Below are positions 47,760 through 54,813 of a stretch of DNA of 64,000 nucleotides, piece after piece (within the stretch, counting starts at the first letter, position 1; each line of letters starts with the position of its first letter). The translations under genes were made by a program, and so were the position numbers. A model generated the notes under the pieces. The model saw only the letters and a program-made list of their open reading frames with translations, was not told where the DNA came from and did no database searches. The DNA comes from a virus (Duplodnaviria > Caudoviricetes), in IMG/VR virus record IMGVR_UViG_3300032074_000002, positions 7,526 to 71,525 of that record. One strand, 5' to 3'.

Positions 47760-48045
47760 CATGGACCGACTTGAGCGAGACACCGCCGACGAACTAGCTG
47801 ACGAAGAGTTCAGTACCCGCAAGCACTACTCGCGGTCTACCTACAAGGACGGGTGCCACGGGCCGCTGTGCCTGAAGGCCGAACGTGACAAGGCAGCTCG
47901 GCGTTACCGGGCCAGAAAACCCGATAAGGACACCAAAGAACGTACTGCTTGGCAGATCGCCCGGGATAGCTACCTGGAACATGTGATCCAGCAGTACGGC
48001 CTGCGCTCTGAAGCGCAGGCCCGTACAATGGCAGAAGCTGTCTAG
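47746..48045 (+). CDS. Hypothetical protein (H...Y..GC...C motif)
   Basis: Overlaps helicase end. Confidence 0.7.
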   Translation: MKMTDMDRLERDTADELADEEFSTRKHYSRSTYKDGCHGPLCLKAERDKAARRYRARKPDKDTKERTAWQIARDSYLEHVIQQYGLRSEAQARTMAEAV

Positions 48046-48069
48046 TAAGCCCCATGGGGGTCTAGCCAG

Positions 48070-48225
48070 TCATCTACGAACAGCTGCCACCAAGTTCTCA
48101 GTCTGCTGAACACTGGCCTTCCTCCTCTCCATAACCTCGGCCTGTCGGATTGACCGTCCTATGATGACGGCGACCGGCAGGCCGAGCGCTACCCAGATCG
48201 CTGCACCGATGATGAACCAATACAT
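48070..48225 (-). CDS. 51-aa membrane peptide (not in track)
   Basis: MYWFIIGAAIWVALGLPVAVIIGRSIR...; ATG directly after previous stop. Confidence 0.65.
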   Translation of the reverse strand: MYWFIIGAAIWVALGLPVAVIIGRSIRQAEVMERRKASVQQTENLVAAVRR

Positions 48226-48486
48226 TCAGTCCTCCACTGCTGCGGGATGAGCCGATGCGCCCTCGTGTAGCCAGGGCGTGACGACTAGGAAGTTGCCTTC
48301 GATTGTGTACTCACGGGCCAACTTGCCATGGCAAATCGCACATGACCCGCTAACCAGAAGTTGTTCTGCGCCTGGCATGTCTCGCTTGGAGAGTGCCCAG
48401 CGGTGGCGACGAGTCGCTTCAAGTTCTTCGGCGCTCGGTGCTTGCCTCTGCTCCGGAAGTGTGATGGTTTCTGCTGCGGTTTGCAC
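48226..48486 (-). CDS. Hypothetical protein (CAIC...H)
   Basis: GAGGAGG RBS before GTG. Confidence 0.7.
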   Translation of the reverse strand: MQTAAETITLPEQRQAPSAEELEATRRHRWALSKRDMPGAEQLLVSGSCAICHGKLAREYTIEGNFLVVTPWLHEGASAHPAAVED

Positions 48487-48634
48487 ACTGCCTCCTCGTT
48501 ATGAGGCGGGAGGTGGACTCGCCCGTCCGATAGTTCACACCGTTTGCTGTAACTCTTAAACCGGGTGTTCCACCAACACCCGCAGGGGTAAAGCAGGTGC
48601 CCATCGACCCATGGGGGGCGCGGACGCCGCTGCC

Positions 48635-48946
48635 CTAGCATCGCTCGCGGGGCTCCTGTCGGGAACCCCCAATCGGCCAGGATTCTCCCGACGCGGATCG
48701 GTGGTCGCCCCTGTGGTGGTAGATCTCGAGGCACGGATCGAGCTGAGTGGGATCGCCACATGCGACACCGGCACACCAGATGCAGACCAGACTCGTGTGA
48801 CACTTGCCGTGCCAGTTGTACGTGTACAGCCGCAGGTCGTGACGAGCGCCGGGCACGTCCACGCAGGCGATGACCTCTAGCTCGCCAGCGTGACGAAGCT
48901 TCTCGTGGAAAATGCCGTTCTGCTTGGTCATCTCATCAGGAGTCAT
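48635..48946 (-). CDS. Cys/His-rich hypothetical protein
   Basis: MTPDEMTKQNG...CIWC; overlaps upstream gene end. Confidence 0.65.
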   Translation of the reverse strand: MTPDEMTKQNGIFHEKLRHAGELEVIACVDVPGARHDLRLYTYNWHGKCHTSLVCIWCAGVACGDPTQLDPCLEIYHHRGDHRSASGESWPIGGSRQEPRERC

Positions 48947-49217
48947 CACTACCGAACACCCTTCCCGCTTTACAGCTCTTGCAGGTGACAGCTTCACGAA
49001 ACCCCATGTAAGAGTACACGCCATTCTTGGAGGGCTTGCAGCGCAATCGCCACTCGCTCACCGTCTGGCCATTCACATCTCTGAGATGCTCCACGAGAAC
49101 GTGCATCAGGTGACTACCGTTGTAGGTGTGCGAATCAACTCCCGCAACCTTGCCAACCGGTAGCTTGACCTTTACTTTAGTCCGCAAATAGCTATTGCGG
49201 CTGTCAATCCCAGGCAT
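48936..49217 (-). CDS. Hypothetical protein (C...CKSC)
   Basis: TGATG coupling with upstream ORF. Confidence 0.65.
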   Translation of the reverse strand: MPGIDSRNSYLRTKVKVKLPVGKVAGVDSHTYNGSHLMHVLVEHLRDVNGQTVSEWRLRCKPSKNGVYSYMGFREAVTCKSCKAGRVFGSDDS

Positions 49218-49369
49218 CAGTCAGATTCCAACGAACGAAGATTTGACCGAACCAGCTTGTGAAGATCTTCTTCGTCAAAAGGCAATGCCAACTGGCCCTC
49301 GACAGGCCATACACTGGCTTGCTGTGTAACGATCTTGACAACACAGGGATTACAGTGATCGCTGTCCAT
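49217..49369 (-). CDS. 50-aa peptide containing QLALPF (not in track)
   Basis: MDSDHCNPCVVKIVTQQASVWPVEGQLALPFDEEDLHKLVRSNLRSLESD; GGGGGA RBS. Confidence 0.55.
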   Translation of the reverse strand: MDSDHCNPCVVKIVTQQASVWPVEGQLALPFDEEDLHKLVRSNLRSLESD

Positions 49370-49470
49370 AACTTCCCCCGAGGGTCCGATAGTTCTATGT
49401 GATGCGCTCTACCATAGTCTACTGCAAAATCCCCGGAAGAGCGCTGAAAACACTATCTGGAAAGGAACTA

Positions 49471-49647
49471 TTACTGAGATTCCTGTGCTGCCCGAACTTT
49501 CTGTTCTTCCCTCACCAGATAGTCGCGGTACGGTGTCTGGTCGATGAACTTCGGATCTGTAGGTCGGTACACCGGCAGACCCTGCCGCAGGCGCTTCTCA
49601 TCTGCAGCAGAGTCTACTGGCAGGCCGGCGTGGCCCATGATGTCCAT
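49471..49647 (-). CDS. 58-aa hypothetical protein (not in track)
   Basis: ATG directly after holin stop. Confidence 0.55.
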   Translation of the reverse strand: MDIMGHAGLPVDSAADEKRLRQGLPVYRPTDPKFIDQTPYRDYLVREEQKVRAAQESQ

Positions 49648-50064
49648 TTAGCGCCACTCGTGCCCAGGGTTCGTAGCGGGTGCTGACAAGCTGTTCTTGT
49701 CGGCAGCTCGCCGGAGCAACTTGGCGCGGAGCTTCTGATCTACGATCTCTTCGATGAGCTGCTCCATAGCCGGGTCGATCCCCAACTTGGGTGCCTCATT
49801 ACGGATCGCATACACCAGTACAGCCCCAACGAAGCCTGATCCAATCCCGTCCCAGAGACTCGCCCACGTCAGAGTATGCCAGTCGAACGACACAATCGCA
49901 GGGGCAAGCCCCGCGAGAGCCCCGGAGGCCACAAAAGCGATCACTGCTTTACGGGCGCGGGCAATCCACGCACGAACGCCGGTAGAGGGATCGTTGGGAG
50001 CGGCGTGGTCGGCCACTCCGTCGCGCTGCTTCGCCCGTTCCAGGCGGCTGATGTGCTGAGTCAT
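49648..50064 (-). CDS. Holin-like two-TM protein
   Basis: RKAVIAF...two TM helices; downstream of endolysin. Confidence 0.75.
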   Translation of the reverse strand: MTQHISRLERAKQRDGVADHAAPNDPSTGVRAWIARARKAVIAFVASGALAGLAPAIVSFDWHTLTWASLWDGIGSGFVGAVLVYAIRNEAPKLGIDPAMEQLIEEIVDQKLRAKLLRRAADKNSLSAPATNPGHEWR

Positions 50065-50066
50065 GT

Positions 50067-50600
50067 TCAGTCTCTCCCTGGGACATGGCAGATCATGCCA
50101 ATGTAAGCAAGGTCCCCTGGTGTGACCTTGCCAGCTGGACGACCATCCTCGAAGATGTGGAGTCCCTGGTTAAGGTAAATCGCATCCACAGCCTGAGAGC
50201 AGATCAACGCCTTGCTTCTCGCAACTGCACTGCCCAAGGGCGTACAGTTCCAGTGAACAAGGTCGAGTGCGATGTACGGATACGTCAGCCAGCCGTAGGA
50301 GACGCCCTTGCGACTGCGAGCATCCTCCACGATGCCCTTGCGGACAGCTGGGTCCATGTTGTTCTGAGACCACGCGATCGGCCCCTTTCGTGCGTACAGT
50401 TCTTCGAGAGTGCGGATCTTCGCTCCGCCCGGTTCCGCCTCGAAGATCTGACCGTTGTCGAGCATGATCCCGGCATGACAGTATCGAGACCAGTCACCGA
50501 CTAGCGCTTGTCCGACCCGAATCCCCAGCCCGGTGACACCTCCGACTTGTGCGACGAAGAAATCACCGGGCAGGGGGACCGGGACCGCAAGGTCCGTCAT
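50067..50600 (-). CDS. Permuted papain-like NlpC/P60 hydrolase (YiiX/YebB-like)
   Basis: PGD...HAGI...EA...GVSY...LICSQAV...VTPGDL, with His before Cys. Confidence 0.85.
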   Translation of the reverse strand: MTDLAVPVPLPGDFFVAQVGGVTGLGIRVGQALVGDWSRYCHAGIMLDNGQIFEAEPGGAKIRTLEELYARKGPIAWSQNNMDPAVRKGIVEDARSRKGVSYGWLTYPYIALDLVHWNCTPLGSAVARSKALICSQAVDAIYLNQGLHIFEDGRPAGKVTPGDLAYIGMICHVPGRD

Positions 50601-50615
50601 GGGTTCAGAACCATG

Positions 50616-51515
50616 TTACGGCCGCGCGAGGCGGTCGTAGTCGTCAGCCCAGATCTGCTCCGGGTAAGGCTGGCCGGAGTAGAACCTGTTGTGCCAGATC
50701 CGCGCAGCCTGCGTGCTGTACGGAGCCTGGAACTTTCCATCAGCCCAGCCGGAGTTCTGCCAGGAGCTAGCGGGAACCGACGTGCAGTCGTGGTAAATGA
50801 GCCACTGCTGCACGTTACGGACGAACGGCTGCTCCGAGGGGTAGAAGCCGCCATGCGAGGCGGCAGGACCCTTGATGTCTCCGACGTACCCACCCTTGCC
50901 GAACGGCCACACCAGGCGCGGGGGAGTTGCAGGGGAAGGTGGTGGCACAGGAGACGGGCCAGGCTGCGGCACGGGCTGGGCGCCACTGAGCAGCTCCATG
51001 AACTTGTCCCACGGGAAGTTCGGTCCTGGGTCCCAGTGAGTTGACTGGTGCCAAGCCTGTGAGACATCGACATGCCCACAGATACCGTGCTTTCCGGCCA
51101 GGAGGTCCGCGACCGACAGCTTGACCTTCGGGATCTTGTATCGGTCACAGAGGTCATTGGCACGCGCCGCAGCCTTCTCGACGGCAGGCCAGACCCGATC
51201 GTCGAGCCACTGCTCGCGAGTGAAGGTCGGCTCGCTGGCGATCTCGATGCCCAGCGAGTGCTCGTTGGGCGGCGCGTGCCAGGCGATGGTGTCCTCGGGG
51301 ACGCAGTGCTCCTCGTTGGCGTCGTCCACGACGTAGTGGGCAGAGCCACCAGTCGAGGGGCGCGCGAAGTACTCCGCGACCGAGTGAGCCATGCCCGACG
51401 CACTGGCTCCAGGGAAGCCTCCACCGACAGTCGAGTGGATGACCACTCGAGTCGGAACGAGGTTACCCTGTCCCGAGTCGTTGGCGGCTCGGACGGTGAT
51501 CTTCGGTTCACTCAT
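50616..51515 (-). CDS. Endolysin: N-acetylmuramoyl-L-alanine amidase (Amidase_2), Pro linker, putative cell-wall-binding domain
   Basis: VIHST, SAHYVVD, AWHA, SLGIE, GHVD, HWDPGPNFPW. Confidence 0.93.
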   Translation of the reverse strand: MSEPKITVRAANDSGQGNLVPTRVVIHSTVGGGFPGASASGMAHSVAEYFARPSTGGSAHYVVDDANEEHCVPEDTIAWHAPPNEHSLGIEIASEPTFTREQWLDDRVWPAVEKAAARANDLCDRYKIPKVKLSVADLLAGKHGICGHVDVSQAWHQSTHWDPGPNFPWDKFMELLSGAQPVPQPGPSPVPPPSPATPPRLVWPFGKGGYVGDIKGPAASHGGFYPSEQPFVRNVQQWLIYHDCTSVPASSWQNSGWADGKFQAPYSTQAARIWHNRFYSGQPYPEQIWADDYDRLARP

Positions 51516-51527
51516 GTTCTCTCCTTT

Positions 51528-52718
51528 TCAGGCCTGGTTCTTGCGCCAGGCCAGATACGCCTCACAGAAGGCATCCAGCTGGGAGTACGGGAACGGGTTA
51601 TTCTCCACGGGAGGCTCGGGCGTCGGCTCGGGGGTAGGAGTCGGAGTCGGCGTCACGGGGGGCTCTGGTGTGGGGTCAGGCTCAGGGGTGGGCTGAGGGG
51701 TCGGCTGGGGCACCGGCTGCTGCGCCTCCTTGAGCTTAGCCAGCATCAGCGCCCCATCAGGCACGCCAAAGCCGGTCACCTTGTCGCGGCCCGGACCTGC
51801 ACGGAAGGCCCCGTTGCTGCCTGCCGTCACGTCGAAGCAGACACCCGGATTTGCCAGGATGGTCTTCTGGAAGTCGAACGGGCCGACTAGGCTGCTCAGA
51901 TTTACACTGAGTGCGGCCATGAGTGGCGCCACGGCAGATGTCCCGCCGATGACGACCTGCTGGCCGTCCACGGTGATCTCGTAGCCGGTCACCGGGTCGG
52001 CATTGCCCGCGATGTCAGGCACCGCGCGACCGGGGAAGACCACGCTGTCTCCGCCGCCCGTAGCCGAGGTGCGCGAGTTGTCGTTCCAGGTGACCTCGCT
52101 GGTCCTTTGGCCCGCCGGGTTGACCTGCAGCCTGGTGCCACCGCAGGCGACGACGTTGGGGCTGCTGGCCGGAAAGTCCACATGGTTGCCGGTCTCGCCG
52201 TCACCAGACCCCTGGTCACCTGAGGCGCAGAACACGTTGATGCCCGCGAGCTTGCACAGGCTAAACAGCGTGTCGTACTGCTTGCAGGTGTTGGTGTCCC
52301 AGGAGTCTTCCGGGCCACCCCACGAGCAGCTGATAGCGTCGCCGCTCTTGAGGTTCTTGAAGCACCAATCGAAGGCGTCATAGAAGCCCTGGTCGGTGTT
52401 GGGACCGAACACGACGACGACGTGCGCCCTGGGAGCCGCCTCGAGGACGACCTCCACGTCGAGCATGACCTCGCCGTCAGCCCCATTGGGGCCGTCGCTG
52501 ACAGGCTTGATCCCGTCCGTGGTGGCGATAGTGACACGGCTGGCGTCACTGACCTTGAGGTCAGCCTTGTTGACCGCGCCTCCCAGCTCGACGATAGCCA
52601 CAGTGCGGGGCTCTGCACTGGGCTCGGGGAAGTTGTACGCAGATGCAACTTGAGCGGCCGTCAGTGACCGCGTGGCTCCGCGCGGTTTGACGATGTTAAT
52701 GCCTCGCTGTGCAGACAA
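51528..52718 (-). CDS. S53 sedolisin/kumamolisin-family serine-carboxyl peptidase, no prodomain or signal peptide
   Basis: AIVELGG, GEVMLDVE, ISCSWG, ASGDQG, FPASSPNVVACGGT, GGTSAVAP, DVTAGSN...DKVTGFG. Confidence 0.92.
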   Translation of the reverse strand: MSAQRGINIVKPRGATRSLTAAQVASAYNFPEPSAEPRTVAIVELGGAVNKADLKVSDASRVTIATTDGIKPVSDGPNGADGEVMLDVEVVLEAAPRAHVVVVFGPNTDQGFYDAFDWCFKNLKSGDAISCSWGGPEDSWDTNTCKQYDTLFSLCKLAGINVFCASGDQGSGDGETGNHVDFPASSPNVVACGGTRLQVNPAGQRTSEVTWNDNSRTSATGGGDSVVFPGRAVPDIAGNADPVTGYEITVDGQQVVIGGTSAVAPLMAALSVNLSSLVGPFDFQKTILANPGVCFDVTAGSNGAFRAGPGRDKVTGFGVPDGALMLAKLKEAQQPVPQPTPQPTPEPDPTPEPPVTPTPTPTPEPTPEPPVENNPFPYSQLDAFCEAYLAWRKNQA

Positions 52719-52772
52719 GGGGTGGTCCTTTTCTGTGAGATGTCTGTGCAGTCTGACAGGATAGGCTCGCTG

Positions 52773-53198
52773 TCAAGGGCTAGCGGGTGGTGTGGGCGGC
52801 GTGGGCGGGATGATCGCGCCTGTCAGCGTCGCATGGTCGGTGAGCCCAGACATGACCATCCCGAAAGCGTTGAGCATCCTCAGGATGATCTGAGTACGCT
52901 CAGTATCAGTAAGCAAGTTCCAGCCTGCAGTCACGGCTGCGATATCAGCCTGCAGTTGTGCCTGAAGGTTCGCGGCCTGAGAGAAGATCCCCTCAATACC
53001 CTGCTGGGCTTGGGTAAGAACTGGAGGCAGAACAACAGCAGCCTCGTGCCAGGCAGAGTCGACAGTTAGCTCCTCGGGAGTGGCGGGTCTCCGCTCGATC
53101 TCGGCACCGTCTTTCCAGTGGACCCAATCGGTGCCGTTGTCGTCTACTCCCCACCATTCAGTGACCGTGCCGTCGTCTGCGGTGATCTGAGTCTTCAT
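52773..53198 (-). CDS. Fibre-associated or chaperone-like hypothetical protein
   Basis: Follows fibre genes; AAGGA RBS; helical C-terminus. Confidence 0.65.
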   Translation of the reverse strand: MKTQITADDGTVTEWWGVDDNGTDWVHWKDGAEIERRPATPEELTVDSAWHEAAVVLPPVLTQAQQGIEGIFSQAANLQAQLQADIAAVTAGWNLLTDTERTQIILRMLNAFGMVMSGLTDHATLTGAIIPPTPPTPPASP

Positions 53199-53206
53199 AT
53201 CTGTCC

Positions 53207-53986
53207 TTACGGGAAGATCTGAGTTGAGCCGACGTACATCTTACTGACAGGATTGGCCCCTACGTAAGCCTTCGCCAGGGTGACAGCTCCGACCTTGGCA
53301 TTGTTGAGTGTACTAGCCGCAGCGTTACTCGGGATAGCGATAGTGTAACCAACACCAGTTGCTGCAGCAGAACTTGCGCCAGTTTCGCCGCCGTATGTAC
53401 CAGCTGCGCCAACAATCTTGAACTGATACTCGATCGACATGAACGGCGAGGCATCCCCAGCGACTACCCTGCCACCTTGGGTGTACCCCGCCAGGAGGCC
53501 GACGTCTGGCACTGACGATGCCGAGCGGTAAGCAAAAGCCACTGCCACTAGTGCTCCAGCTGGTACGTTGGCAATCGACGGCACGGGCTCGTTAGTATTA
53601 CTGGCCGTGTCGATGTTGGTGGCAGTTAGTACACCTGTGCCTGTTACTCCAGAGTATACTTCCATCTCGGCTAGACACTGAGAGGCCACATTGAAGTTGA
53701 TTGTCACCGATCCGGCAGAGATATCACTGGCATCCAGCTGCTTATAAAACAGCCACGCTACGCTGTTGCCACCGTTGACATCACCGACTGAATTCGGGCA
53801 AGTCCACCCTGTCGGTACGCTTACGAGACCAGTTGTAGGCTTGAGTGATTGGGCAACCAGTACAGCCTCATTGCCAGCCTGCGCTCCCGCAGGAATCGGC
53901 ACGGTAAGACTGCTAGCAGTAGCTGTGCCACTGCCGGAGGTGACACTCGAGGATCCGACGTATGTGGGCATCGACTCAGCCGACAA
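53207..53986 (-). CDS. Minor structural protein, beta-sandwich-like
   Basis: S/T/G/A-rich; VPIPAG..AG...LV..PTGW pattern. Confidence 0.7.
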   Translation of the reverse strand: MSAESMPTYVGSSSVTSGSGTATASSLTVPIPAGAQAGNEAVLVAQSLKPTTGLVSVPTGWTCPNSVGDVNGGNSVAWLFYKQLDASDISAGSVTINFNVASQCLAEMEVYSGVTGTGVLTATNIDTASNTNEPVPSIANVPAGALVAVAFAYRSASSVPDVGLLAGYTQGGRVVAGDASPFMSIEYQFKIVGAAGTYGGETGASSAAATGVGYTIAIPSNAAASTLNNAKVGAVTLAKAYVGANPVSKMYVGSTQIFP

Positions 53987-54743
53987 TCAAGTACAGCGTG
54001 TTAACATCCGGCGTTGCCAGCGCCGTGAAGTTAGCCTGGGTGATCTGAACGACGTTGGTGATTCCAGTACCAGTCACCATGCCGGGGTGTGTGTGATTGC
54101 CAGCGGCAGCTTGCTGTGAACCAGTGCCCAGGGTTCTAATAGATGCGGTACCTGCGGCCTGATCAGCAGTAACTCTGGCGTCGTTACCCTGGACTGCAGT
54201 GCCAGCCGCTGCGCCGTACTGGACACTCAGCGTCCGGTCGGCCGAGAGATCCCCACCTCCTGACAGGCCAGTACCTGTAGAAATCTGCCGGGCTGGCAGT
54301 ACAGCTGGCGTGGAAACCGTCAAGAGGTTGCCAGCGTCGTCGTAGGTAAGTGTGATACCAGTGCCAGCGACCAACAACGCCGCCACAGTATCCTGTACAG
54401 ACTCGGATAGGTCTGCAATATCTGCCGATACCGGCTTCCAGTCGCCAGCCTTGGCAGTGCCAGCGGTAGCACCCAGCACCAGACTACTGGTGCCTGCGCC
54501 AATGTCTCCGCGGGCTGTGGCTGCGTCCGGTGCAGTCAGAACTGATCGACCCACCGCCGAACTGTCAGTAATGCTTGCAGCGGTGATTGTGCCCCCGCCG
54601 GAGGAGGGGGTGACCCATACGGTGTCATAGTCGGAACTACTAGACTTGGCCAACACTTGACCAGTTGTGCCGCCAGCTTTAAGCGCCACTAGCGGCAGCA
54701 AGAGCTGGTCAATCTTTTCCTTAGTGTACGTCAGAAAACTCAT
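53976..54743 (-). CDS. Tail fibre-like minor protein
   Basis: GGTTGQVLAKSS, AVGRSVLTAPDAATAR, ITQANFTALATPDVNTLYLI repeats typical of actinophage fibres. Confidence 0.75.
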   Translation of the reverse strand: MSFLTYTKEKIDQLLLPLVALKAGGTTGQVLAKSSSSDYDTVWVTPSSGGGTITAASITDSSAVGRSVLTAPDAATARGDIGAGTSSLVLGATAGTAKAGDWKPVSADIADLSESVQDTVAALLVAGTGITLTYDDAGNLLTVSTPAVLPARQISTGTGLSGGGDLSADRTLSVQYGAAAGTAVQGNDARVTADQAAGTASIRTLGTGSQQAAAGNHTHPGMVTGTGITNVVQITQANFTALATPDVNTLYLIVG

Positions 54744-54813
54744 TTAGTTTCCCTCGCTAACTAGTTGGAATATCGGGGTGAGTGACACACAGCGGCCCTT
54801 TAGTGGCAGCAGG

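Noticed and set aside
48285-48803. 172-aa - strand ORF filling 48487-48634
   Set aside because: Overlaps two better-supported ORFs in other frames; I could not choose a credible start, so no gene was called in the gap
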